Assembly: GCA_964016885.1 (NCBI GenBank)
Contig: OZ024741.1
Coordinates: 77,810,001 to 77,874,000, forward strand
Length of the DNA stretch: 64,000 nt
Origin: Eledone cirrhosa
Taxonomy: Eukaryota
Direction: 5' to 3'
The notes under the pieces were generated by a model. That model was not told the DNA's origin, searched no databases, and was given only the letters and a program-made list of their open reading frames with translations. Shown one piece after another: positions 12,468 to 24,272 of this stretch; positions within the stretch are counted from its first letter, which is position 1, and every line of letters begins with the position of its first letter. Both the position numbers and the translations under genes were made by a program.

Positions 12468-12797
12468 TTCATTTCATTTTACGTCCGCTTTTCCCTGCTT
12501 GCAAGGGTGGGACGGGAACTGATTCTGGCTTGATTTCTACAGCTGGATGCCCTTCCTAACACCAACCTCATTTACAGTGAGTGGTGGGTGCTTTTTTGCC
12601 ATGGCACCTCCACGACCACTTTGCAGTGGAATGATATGGACCGCAGTCCCTATCATCTCATTTCTACAGCTGAGTAAACTGGAGCAATGTGAAATAAAGT
12701 GTCTTGCTCAAGGACACAACACATCACCCGGTCTGAGAATTGAACTCAAAACCTTTCGATTGCAAGGCCAATGCTCTAACCACTAAGCCCATGTGCT
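12468..12797 (-). mobile_element. Full-length SINE: tRNA head, CORE-like middle, RTE-derived tail
   Basis: GGCTTAGTGGTTAGAGC...GAGTTCAATTCTC head; TTGAGCAAGACACTT middle; tail shared with the RTE 3' UTR at 14264-14425. Confidence 0.85.
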
Positions 12798-12901
12798 ATA
12801 TATATATATCGCAAGTTGCATTGCATTGCTAAGAGTTCTGATGTCACTCACTCTATTTTTATGCCTTTTCTATTATATTTGATTTTGTTTTTCCTTACCA
12901 G

Positions 12902-13000
12902 ATGCTAAATGCCGACAATGTCCTACACGATGGCACACTAATTGATTTATGTGGGGTGACCCTATTGTGGCGCTCCGCTTCAGGCTTGCATGCATCACCA
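12902..13000 (+). CDS. PELI: Pellino coding exon
   Basis: taccag/gtaagt; 99 nt, phase 0/0; MLNADNVLHDGTLIDLCGVTLLWRSASGLHASP (Pellino DG.LIDLCG.TLLWR motif). Confidence 0.96.
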
Positions 13001-13208
13001 GTAAGTCACATTGAAATTTTTAATGTCTTTATTAATCTATCGATTTGTCTTTAATGAATTACTGTTGTATTCCTTCCTGATGATCTAGTAGCGACCCTGT
13101 CATGACATTAATGTTGGACATTCTAAACTGGGTGGAATCTATTCCTCTCTCAGTCTAAACACAGCTAGTTTCTTTCAGAAAGAAGAGAGAGAGATAGAAA
13201 ATGAAGAA

Positions 13209-14532
13209 TCATCATAGTCCTGCAGGCAATAACGGAGGAGTTTAAGACCGGATGCCCATGGGAACTCCTGTATGCTGATGACCTCGCACTCATAGCTGAA
13301 TCTATGGTAGAACTAGAGAATAAATTCCAAACCTGGAAGCAGGGACTAGAAAGAAAGGGTCTCAAAGTCAACATGACAAAGACTAAGATCCTTGTAAGTA
13401 GACGAGAAAACAGAACCCAGATCCCCTCAGGGAAATGGCCTTGCTCAGTATGTAGGAAAGGTGTATGTAGGAACTCCATTCTCTGCCCCAAATGCAAACA
13501 ATGGGTACACAAGAGATGTAGCGGGATCTCGGAAGCTTAATTAAGAATGTAGGCTTCACATGCAGCAGCTGTGCTGAGACAGCAAGCAGCAAACAGCCAC
13601 AGGAAACAAGTACCACCAATCTCTGGGAGGGCCCTGTAGAAACAGTAGACAGCTTCTGCTACCTAGGTGACCGAATTAGCAGCGGAGGTGGGTGTTCAGA
13701 AAGTACAATAACTAGGGTAAGAACGGGATGGAAGAAGTTTAGGGAACTACTACCACTGCTAGCTGCAAAAGGCTTCTCCCTCAGAATGAAAGGCAGACTG
13801 TATGATGCGTGTATCCGAACAGCGATGTTGCATGGTAGTGAGACCTGGGCGCTGAAGGTGGAAGACTTGCGTAGATTAGAGAGAAACGAAGCCTGCATGC
13901 TCCGATGGATGTGTAACAGTAATATACGTGAACGACAAAGCATAAATGAATTGAGAGAGAGACTGAGCATAAGAGGAATCAAATGCTGTGTGCAGGAGAG
14001 GCAGTTGCGCTGGTATGGACATGTGATGCGTATGAAGGATGACAGCTGCATAAAAAGGTGCAGAGCACTAGAAGTTGATGGAAACCGCGGAGTGGGGAGA
14101 CCCAAGATGACCTGGGATGAGGTGATAAAAGCCGACCTTACCCAATTACACCTCTCAAAGACAATGACACACGACCGCGACTTCTGGCGTCACGCAGTAA
14201 TACAGAGTACCCGACCTCCCATGGGTACAAGCTGAAGCATATAGACAATATGCCCCCACACCCCCACCGCAAGTTGGTCGTGGAGGTGCCACGGCAAAAA
14301 AGCACCCAGCCCACACTGTAAAGTGGACATGTAGGCGCCACGAAAAAGCACCCCAGCACTCACTGTAAATGAGGTTGGTGTTAGGAAGGGCATCCAGCTG
14401 TAGAAATCAAGCCAGATCAGTTCCTGTATGAGCAAGGCATGGTCAGCCGACCAGACACTGCCCACAACAGGACAACCTGTCTAACCCATGCTAGCGTGGA
14501 AGAACGGACGTAAAACGGTGATGATGATGATG
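13209..14532 (+). mobile_element. 5'-truncated RTE-clade LINE with a PHD-like insert in the RT
   Basis: ELLYADDL, GLKVNMTKTK, Cys-rich insert, FCYLGD, HGSETW, LRWYGHV; one frameshift near 13535; (GAT)n tail. Confidence 0.92.
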
Positions 14533-14739
14533 TTATGTGGTGCATTGAATCTATCCTCAGCAGTTTTATCTCCTGTATTTATTTTATCAACCTTGAGGAA
14601 ACTGTGAAACCCTGGTGTAACATTACTTCAAAACATTTAGTTTGGCATTACAATCTTTCTGCTACATTGCAAATAGTAATAATTATGATGGTGATGATGA
14701 CGATGATAGTAATATATTCTTATACAGATACAAAAAAAG

Positions 14740-15110
14740 AGTTGATTAAATTGACTCACTACTTCATTAATATGTAGTATACTGACCCCAGAGTTATCCT
14801 CAGTAAAATTTGAACTCAGAATGTGAAGAAATGTAACTAAATATTACAAGTCAATTTGTGCAGCTCTCTACCAACCATTTTCTTGACAATAATGATCTCT
14901 AGATTATTCATTAGACCACAAAATGCTTAGAACAGCTAAAGTTGGTTAAATGAATCAATGTACTTGACCCTGTTCATATTTTATTGATTTCTGAAAGGAT
15001 GAAAAAAGTGACTCCAGCATGATGGGAACTCAGTTCATATAGGGACAACTTAATAACTAAAGGCACTTTATCTGCCAGCCTACTGATTATCTCACCTAAG
15101 TTTTTAATAA
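14740..15110 (-). mobile_element. Cluster of degenerate SINE copies (same family as 4835-5010)
   Basis: Two degenerate ...aaggatgaaa...gaactcag units separated by aat-rich tails. Confidence 0.5.
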
Positions 15111-15426
15111 CTAATAATTGTTATGAAAATTTACATGGGGGCATTTCCAGCTGTAACAACATTCACCTGTAAAATATCTAACTTTGCAAACCTATCCCAC
15201 ACATTCTGATGAGGAGGTGGTGAAATGAATGGTTGGAGAAACCAAAAATGATTTCGACATAACATTATTTGGAGTTTTGTAATAGACGTTTGAGCAATGA
15301 GTAGAAGTGAGAGCATGTATGTGAGGGACATGTAAGTTTCATTTATTCACTTTAACTCTCTCTCTCTTTCTCATTCTTAAAAGCAGTGATTTATCTCTAA
15401 TGTTCTCTTCTTGTTACCCCTACCAG

Positions 15427-15645
15427 AATGAACAGGAATTCAACAAGTTGGTGGAAGAAATCAATGCTTGCCGTCCACAATGTCCAGTTGGACTGACCAC
15501 CTTGGTACTGCCTAGCAAGTCTCATGCTACCCCTGGACTTGATAAGCAACCGTTTGTATACATTAAGTGTGGACACGTGCATGGAAGACACACGTGGGGA
15601 CAAAAAGATGATGATGACAAAAGGACATGTCCACTTTGTTTAAAA
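15427..15645 (+). CDS. PELI: Pellino coding exon (first half of RING-like domain)
   Basis: taccag/gtaaga; 219 nt; NEQEFNKLVEEINACRPQCPVGL...KQPFVYIKCGHVHG...RTCPLCLK. Confidence 0.97.
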
Positions 15646-15736
15646 GTAAGAACAAGGACTTTTGTTTCTTTGTTATTGAGTATCAATGATATAAAAAAAA
15701 TAATAATAATGGTTTCTTAACCACATATGGCTGACA

Positions 15737-17045
15737 TTAAGCAGACAATAAAGACGGCACAAGTGGGTTTTTTGTGTAAAAAATGTTTATAAAATCAAAC
15801 ATAACATTCCCTAAATGGGTCACTCTGAGGGTCACTCGTGGAGAAAACCCACAAAAAGCCAATCCCTGACCACTAGGACAGGCGTCCTCCCCAGTTGTCC
15901 TCCTCCAATTTACAGACCCATTCACTCAGACCATACTTGCCACTCTCACCCACTTTTCAACAAACTGGTTGGAAGGCAGCACTTTCCTTTCCACCCTGAT
16001 TTTTCTCTTCAGCTGAAACCTGAAGAAGTTAATCAGTGCTTCACTGAAGAAGTAAATTCTTGCCTTCAGCCCTTTCAAATGTATCCACCACACAACCCTT
16101 TTGGCCATGGCCACTTGGCAGATAAAAACTGCCTGTCCTTCCCCTCTAAAGGAAGATGGCAGGGTGATCTTTACAATGGACTCAGTTGATAGTTGGATCC
16201 ATCCTACACATATCAGGTGTTTGACATAAACCCACGTCAGCAATACTTGGACACTCAATGAGTGCATACACAACAGTTTCGTCAACCTGCACACATCTAG
16301 GCCTGGCTGACAGCACTTCCATGCCTGTAGAGTTTATCTTGAACTGGCAATGCTCCTTAGTAGCACTGCCAGGTCAGGAATTTCTGAAAGTTGTCCATGG
16401 GCCCTGGACCAAAAGTCCTCCAAAAAAGAATGGATAGTTTATTTTTGTTGACAACAAGAATCTCCCCAAGAATGTTTTATCTGTCACTAACCCTCTATAG
16501 AAAGTGAAGCTAGAGTTTCCATTGAATGTACAGCCGGATTGGCTTATGGGTGTGAGTGCTTGAAGACATTCCATTTTTCAAGTGCTTCTTCTCAGTCTTC
16601 GCTTGACTCAGGACTGCAACTCTGTCAAGGAAAGGAGTGAGGGATACATGCTGAAAAAACGGCAACCACAATGGACGCAATGTACATGTTCATCACCTCT
16701 GCCTGACCTTTCAGGGATAGTTCCCTTCCAGTTTTTGTCTATTTGAAAGTGTGGATCAAACTAGACCCCGAGTAACTTAACCAGCCCATCTATCCAGTGC
16801 TCTGCAACACTGTTGGACAGCATGGGCTTGCCTCTCCAAGTGCCAAGCTGTAGGCCCACCAACTTTTCCAGGTTAATTTTTGTTCCTGTTATTGATTTGT
16901 ATTTCATGAGAGCAGTGCCGATCAACTAAATATGTTTGTTGCTCGACACCACTATGGTGATATTGTTGGTATATGCTGACATGGATCTCCCACATCCTAG
17001 TTTGTGCAGGATGCCACTTAACGTCTCTAATTTGTGGCCTTGACA
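15737..17045 (-). mobile_element. Degenerate L1/Tx1-type LINE, 3' portion
   Basis: Minus-strand SAYTNNITI (degenerate YADD), YKSITGTKINLEKLVGLQLGTW, KLLGV; C-terminal VAMAKRVVWW...LKRKIRVE. Confidence 0.7.
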
Positions 17046-17139
17046 GTAATGGACCAAGAAAAGGGAAAATGGAGAGTAAAGAAGTTTAAAAGATAAGAAG
17101 CAGTAGTTGGAAAAGCATTGCATGGTCAATTTGAATAAC

Positions 17140-17872
17140 AAATGTCTGAATTAAAGACTGAAAAGTCTTGGGATTGGTTCTCTCACACTGATTTAAAAAG
17201 TGAGATTGAAGCGCTATTAATATCAACCTATGACCAAGGCATATACCAGCTTGGTGGAAGTGCGAAGTGCCATCTGATAGGAATTAATACAGAAAGTGTC
17301 ACCTTCATAGTAAGTGTATGCAAAATACTAGTACAAAAGGAATATTAAAGAAGTCATAAGGTTTGTATGTACCTTCACTGATCAGTGAGTAAAAAATATG
17401 GATATCAAGTGTCAATGTAAATGGTACCAGCATATCTCAGAATGAGTTTGGGACTTCACTATTCAAGCAGACTGCAGATTTGAACGCAATTAACCTGATA
17501 TTATAGTTATGCACAGAAATAGGCATGAATGTCAGATTGTTTATATTACTATCTGAAGTGACCACAACATAGCTTTGAAAGAAATATACTGACTTGAAGA
17601 TCAAAATTGTATGATTGCAATCAATACCACCTAACAACTTCAAGGTGATTCCAGTTATCATGGGACTCAGTATCACTAAATATGAGAGTATTTTAAGCAT
17701 ATAACCTCGAATCAGAAATTGCTCTTCTACAAAAATTGCTCTGTTGGGCACTGCACATATTCAGAAGAAAGTACTCTGTCTAAAGTCTTTGTTGAGACTT
17801 GACAGGCATTATAAGATCCAGTAAGTATCGTATTTATTGTGTAAACCATCAACAATAATTATAATAATAATA
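17140..17872 (+). mobile_element. Degenerate R4/Dong-type non-LTR 3' fragment (restriction-like endonuclease)
   Basis: LKSEIEALLI..YDQ, VWDFTIQAD...PDIIV, KIALLGTAHI; (AAT)n end; a shorter copy lies at 29115-29300. Confidence 0.7.
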
Positions 17873-18177
17873 ATGCATTCACACAAGTGTGTGTACACAT
17901 ACACTATCACATAAATACATACACATATACACACAGTTGCACACTCACAATTCTTTAATCTAGCATCTGTATATACATGAATGTATACATGACCTGAACT
18001 GGGATATATACCTATACTCATACTTACATCTACATCACCACAGCTTCACAAGATGCAGATGCCCCTGTACAGTTGCACAACCATATGCAGTCAAATGGTA
18101 ACATGTGACTTGCAGTATTATGTAACTTTGTATGTTCACACACATTGCATGTAAATATATCATGTTTTCTGTTTCAG

Positions 18178-18293
18178 GAAAGTCCTTTTATAAAGCTGGA
18201 AGTTGGATCTGAACTTAGTTTTTACGTTGATGCAGGATCTCCAACATACTGTTTCAGTCCATGTGGTCATATGGCATCAGAGAACACAGTTAA
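18178..18293 (+). CDS. PELI: Pellino coding exon (RING-like domain)
   Basis: tttcag/gtaagt; 116 nt, phase 0/2; ESPFIKLEVGSELSFYVDAGSPTYCFSPCGHMASENTV(K). Confidence 0.95.
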
Positions 18294-19142
18294 GTAAGTC
18301 ATCAACTTGCATATTTCTTTCTCTCCCTCTTTCTCCAGTACACTTGACAAGACTTTATGCACCTAATAATGTTTTAAGCAATTGACATTTTTTATGTCTT
18401 GTGATAAGGCTTTCTACCCTACAGTTTATATCTGTACATTGTCCATGAAACTTATGCATGAGGGGAGTGTGGCCTTTTCCACACTTGAACGTGTTGGTCA
18501 TAAGTGATAATGTTTAACTAACTGATCAACAAGAGATGTACTGAGGAGGCTAGGTTAATCTGCTGAACTCTTTGTGAATCGCTGTTTTCATCTACCCAAT
18601 TTCAGTCACAAGTCTTAGCTCAACCTAAGGATGTTGTGTTTGTTGCCAGTTATTTCATGAGAAATAACTGTTTAACACATTAAGATGGAGTTTGAATGAA
18701 ATATAACAACTTTCAAATTATACTTTCAGAGTTCCTTTTTTGTATTTAATTTCAAAATGTATGAAATATCAAGTCCAACAGATAAAACCAATTTCTGCTC
18801 TAAAGTGGGTGGGGTTAATGTGGAAAACCTAACAAATCATGTAGTCCATGGGTGTCTTTAGCAAGGTTAACTCTGTTTCAATCTGCCTTATTGCAATGTT
18901 CTTTTCTGCAGACATTGAACTGTAGATACTCAGGCTCAAAGCATCAACTGCAACAATCTCACTAGTCTTAAGGAGCCTGTAACAGTTATGGTTACTGTTA
19001 TGGTTACTGTTCCTTGTCCATTTAAATTATTAAAAATATACTTTAAAAATCGTATTATCTAAATTCTGAATGTATCAATACTGGAATATTTTAGCCATGA
19101 AGTACAATATTAGTTGAAGTAAATTGTATGTTATATATATAT

Positions 19143-19440
19143 AAGGCAAATTGGCAGAGTCGTTAGAACATTGTATAGAATACTTTATGGTATTCGTTCT
19201 GGCTCTCTGCTCTCTGAGTTCAAATCCCGCCGAGGTCAACTTTGCCTTTCATCCTTTTGAGGCTGATAAAAAAAAAAGTATTAGTCTAGTACTGGGGTCG
19301 ATTCTTCCTCTATATTTCCTTCTCATTTCCTCTCTCTCACTTTCTATCTCTCTCTGGAAGAAATCTGCCATATTCAGGCCTGGAGAGGGATGGACTCTGC
19401 CAGGCTTAAAATGCCCAAGAAACGCCATATGTCAATACGG
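19143..19440 (+). mobile_element. tRNA SINE with extended tail (inverted copy about 32390-32672)
   Basis: TGGCAGAGTCGTTAGA / GAGTTCAAATCCCGCCGAGG / GCCTTTCATCC, then a CT-rich segment and gaagaaatctgc...aaaatgccc shared with the 32.4-32.7 kb copy. Confidence 0.7.
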
Positions 19441-19719
19441 TGCCCCTACAACTCTATCATATATATCTCTACCAAAACACAGCCACCATAGCTGCTATTA
19501 ACTAAAATGTGTGCACTCTGAACAGCTAGTTGCAGTTGCATTACTGCATTCTGGCAGATTAATTGAGTGAGCTAGATGTTAGCTGAGGACTGTTGGAATA
19601 GTATCAACAACCTTCATTAATAATTATATATATGTATATAACGTGTATGTATGTCTGCATATTTGTCTGTCTGTCTGTGTGTCTATGTATTCTAATAATT
19701 TTATATTGCCTTATGTAAA

Positions 19720-20045
19720 TTGTGTAGCTGGAGAGAAATGAAGCACCCATACTTTGATGGATGTACTATGTTAATGTCCATGAACAACAAAGTATGGATG
19801 AAAATTGTGTATAAGAGAAAACAGAAGTGCATAACTGCGTTAGTATGGACATGGGATGTGCTTGGGTGAAGAAGTGCCAGGAAATCCCAATGGAAAGAAA
19901 CCACAGTAGAGGAAGACCTGGATGAAGGGTGTGAGAGATGACCTCAAATTGATGAAGCTCATAGAGATGATGAAGGAATGCAATGAGTGGAGAGATGTGC
20001 TGAAACGTACCTGTCCAACCCATGCAAACAGAAAATTATGATGTG
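19720..20045 (+). mobile_element. Degenerate RTE 3' fragment
   Basis: Homologous to 33050-33430; ends ccaacccatgcaa...atgatg. Confidence 0.6.
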
Positions 20046-20154
20046 TGTGTTTGTGTTCTAATAATCTTACGTAAATTGTATGTATGTTTATGTGTATCTA
20101 TATATCTGTCTTTTGGGTTCAAATAATCTAACACATTCCTTTGTTCTGTTTTAG

Positions 20155-20278
20155 ATATTGGGCTAAAGTTTTAATTCCACATGCTTCCAATGAATTTCAT
20201 GCAATATGTCCATTTTGTGCAATTCCTTTGGACAATCCTGGTTATGTGAAACTAATATTTCAAGATCAAGAACTCTGA
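20155..20278 (+). CDS. PELI: Pellino last coding exon with TGA stop
   Basis: ttttag acceptor, phase 2 matching the previous exon; YWAKVLIPHASNEFHAICPFCAIPLDNPGYVKLIFQDQEL*; completes the CHC2CHC2 motif. Confidence 0.96.
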
Positions 20279-20689
20279 GGATTACAATGATGATAATAAG
20301 AAAAATAATAATAATTATAAATAATGAAGATCGTGATGGACATTGTGAACGCTCGCTGCCTGATCGTTTATATGTATATATATATATTCCCATATACATA
20401 TATGTATGTGTATGCATATATATATATATATATATATACATGTGTGTGTGTAAACCTCTATAATTTTTCTCTTCTTCAAACAAATTCTCCCCTTCTTCTG
20501 GCTGTTGATAAGAAATATTCTCCAATAAGAAAAGAACAAAAAAGAAATTGTTGATGTATCAATTGATAGATCAGCTGCATCGAAGTTATTGCCCACTAAA
20601 TTCAACAACAAAACAATAATAAAACGAAAGGAAACAACTATATAATACATATATGGAAAAAAATAGATAGATGTATGCATACATATGTG

Positions 20690-20733
20690 TGCATCTCTCT
20701 CTCTCTCTATATATATTTATAGGTGTCTGTGTG

Positions 20734-20775
<42 letters not shown>

Positions 20776-20970
20776 CATATATATATGTATGTATATGTGT
20801 ATATATATGTGTATATGTGTGTGTATATATATATATATATTATATGTGTGTATATATATATATGTATGTGTGTGTATATATATATGTATGTGTGTGTATA
20901 TATACATATGTATGTGTGTGTGTGTATATATATATGTATGTGTGTGTATATATACATATATGTGTGTGTA

Positions 20971-21016
<46 letters not shown>

Positions 21017-21094
21017 ACTAAAATATGACTGCTGCCTAGTGGACAAGAATGCCTGCATGAGTGGATATGTAAGCATGCATGCATATCAATCTCC

Positions 21095-21143
<49 letters not shown>

Positions 21144-21154
21144 ACATATATATA

Positions 21155-21192
<38 letters not shown>

Positions 21193-21261
21193 TATATATA
21201 ACTATATGTATATATATAAATGTACATATATATAACTATATGTATATATTTATGTATGTAG

Positions 21262-21307
<46 letters not shown>

Positions 21308-21325
21308 TGTTGATATATACATACA
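20690..21325. repeat. Compound (TA)n/(TG)n microsatellite downstream of the Pellino stop
   Basis: Directly visible; a further tract lies at about 21580-21724. Confidence 0.95.
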
Positions 21326-21636
21326 CACATTCATTTTTTTAATAACAAACTTTACAAATGGAAAAAAAAATTTAAAAAAAAAACGAAAACTTCATTAAAA
21401 AATTTCATCTTACTCTGCTCTTCAATTTCTGCCTCTCACCTCCTCCTCTTGTGGGGCAATAAGCAACACATGCATATACACACATTATTTTAAGCACCCC
21501 CTGAAAAAAAAAGTCATGGTAAAATTACATTTTTCAGTTTGTTCAACCCTGCCCCTGGGTTTGCATGGTTGCACAAAAGTTACACACGCACACACACACA
21601 CACATAAATACATATATAGATATGTGTGTGTATGTT

Positions 21637-21724
<88 letters not shown>

Positions 21725-21728
<4 letters not shown>

Positions 21729-21785
21729 CGTCAAGTATGAAATTTGTAGAAAAAACATTTCTACAAATTTCATACTTGACGACCC
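21725..21785. repeat. Perfect 28-bp-arm hairpin (possible minimal MITE)
   Basis: gggtcgtcaagtatgaaatttgtagaaa-aaaca-tttctacaaatttcatacttgacgaccc, embedded in (TA)n. Confidence 0.9.
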
Positions 21786-22241
21786 AATATATATATTAGT
21801 GCGTGTGTATGTATGTATATATGTATGTACATAATATCCTTAAGTGCCATATTGTTTGTTTTCCTCTTTATTTTTTTTTGTTTTTCATTCTTTAAAGCAT
21901 TTCATTTGATTTCATTGAACTATTTTTTTTTGTCTTATTTTCCATCCCATGTGTTAAATTTCTAATAGGTACCTATTTGTTTTTATTTTTTGTTCTTATT
22001 TTTTTAATTTCATTTTCATCACTTTTACGAGATAATGAAATAATAAAACGACTAAAACCATTTCAACTTCCTGTCTCCCCATCCCTCCCCTCCATGTTCA
22101 GTGACCTCTGGAAAAATTATACCAATTGTACATACATACACATACATACATGACATGATTTGTATATATCTCAGGTTTGGAATATAAAACAGTATTGCCT
22201 TGTTTATGGGATTTCCATATCTTTCAGATATGTATGTATGA

Positions 22242-22272
<31 letters not shown>

Positions 22273-23161
22273 TTGACAAGACAAATGTGTGTGTGTCAAA
22301 ACGGATGATTAGGTGTTACAGGGACATACACAGAAGCTCTGATAATGGAATTTGCTGTCCTAACCAGAAAAGACCTATGAAATTTAAAGTATTTTTGAAG
22401 GAGTATGAGTATTACTACTTGCTTTGCAATGTTTGGTTTTGGGTTCAGTCTCACTGTGTAATACTTTGAGCAACTGCTTTCTACTATAGCCTTGAGCTGA
22501 CAATTACCATGTGAGTGAACTTGGTAGAATAGAAACTATGCAGAAGCCCATCATACCTGTGTGTGTTTATGTCTCTCCTTTATGTAAAGAAAACACAAAC
22601 CCACACAGGCTTATATGATCTAATAGGTAAAATGTGTGTGTGTAGTCCTTTATTCACAGCTTGCTGATTGAAAAGAAAGAAGCTGATTGTCAAATTGACC
22701 CCAGGAAAATGTTTTCATTGGTCTTTCCATTATTGATACTAAGTATAACTTGTCATTAGATATGAAATCTTTTTTTTTTTTTTTAAAGTTAAAAAAACTG
22801 TGACTGAAGTAAATTACATGTTAGAAGGGGAGATGACATGTTGGATGTTATACAGACTTAAACAATACTTGCTACACTGATTCCTCCACGGAAGGAACAT
22901 GATGAAACTGTTTGTACTGGAAGATCATGAAACTATTTCATATTTTAACTATAGTTAAAGTTGTATCTATACATATGCAGAATAGAAGTTATCAAGACTG
23001 ACTGCTTATAACACACCTTCATATATATCTATCTTCACTACCAACATGAGAACTAATAATACATCCAAATTAGTATATCCATTTCAGCATACTGTTATAA
23101 GTGATAGGATATATATAAGCTCCTTTAACTTCATATTTCCTTATGGTTGTTTAGATGATAT

Positions 23162-23212
23162 ACATACTTTCTGATGAAAGCCCACCTAGGTTTGAAAACT
23201 AATTAAAGATGT
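23162..23212 (+). ncRNA. Type I hammerhead-ribozyme-like motif (degenerate stem III)
   Basis: ACAT(A)CTTT-CTGATGA-AAGCC cacct a GGTTT-GAAA-ACTAATTA-AAGATGT. Confidence 0.45.
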
Positions 23213-24233
23213 TTTACTTTTCAATTTACAAGGTAATATGTATATTTAACATGTTTACATGTCTATATACTAACATTGTATACATTTATATACACATTTA
23301 CAGTCTAAGTTAATTCTGTTCTGTATATATAAAGATATAACTTTATCATATACTTTGGCTGCTTAGCACACCCATTAATATACATCTGACTATAGTTGTA
23401 TAATAAATATTTGTGCGCAACAGTAAATATTAGAACATTTTAATATAGATATAACTACATAGTGATTGGCTATGAATTTTTTCCATAGGTAGAGAAATAG
23501 GAGCACCAGCCTTCTGATGAATGAGCAACTACTTGTGAAACGTGAAGATAATTCTATTTTTCAGTGTATGAATAGAATAACAAAAATGCTTTCACGTGTC
23601 TTCACAGCAAGGCTTCTAAAATGTAGTTACGTCTACACTCAATTTATCTTAGTTATATTTTAGTTGATATTTGACATCATAAACCTGAATTTGAAACAAA
23701 AAAAAAAGGGAAAGAAAAGAAGCAGGCTCAGTTATGGGACACAAACTCTATATCTACTCTTTGTTCTTTTTATCTCAAATTGGTGGATATAATATCATAG
23801 CCTGCTCTTTAAGTACCTACTCTGTTACAAGCATTCACCAGTTTGAGGATAACTTTATATCTAGATGTATTGCTTCTTACTGCAGCAATTTACAAACTGA
23901 AGAACAGTTTACAGGGCTGCTCGACTTTCTAAAATCTCTTTTTATTCACATCCTTCTGTCTTAAACAGAGGATGAATCAAATAATGTGATTCTAGATAAA
24001 CTGCTTTTAAAAATGTCAGGATGTTCATGACAGGAAAGATGTACAATAGGTTTGTTCCAACAGCACTAAACAACAATAATCAAGTGTCACAGGTTCTTCC
24101 TCACTACTACCCCACTAATCTGTGAGTCGCTGCAAGGATCATGGACTTTGGGTGTTCAACCAGTAAGCAATGAAAAAGAAATTGATGTGCTCACATATGA
24201 TCATATGCTTTTGTATGTCTATATACTATGATG

Positions 24234-24272
<39 letters not shown>

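Noticed and set aside
12655-12797. tRNA gene from A/B boxes
   Set aside because: No complete cloverleaf; the boxes run into SINE core and LINE tail sequence.
15200-15235. CTGATGA...GAAA hammerhead-like motif
   Set aside because: The stem II region (ggaggtggt) cannot pair and there is no stem III or valid cleavage site.
20315-21834. Many overlapping Y/I/C/V/H/T-rich ORFs
   Set aside because: They are translations of (TA)n/(TG)n microsatellites, which lack stops.
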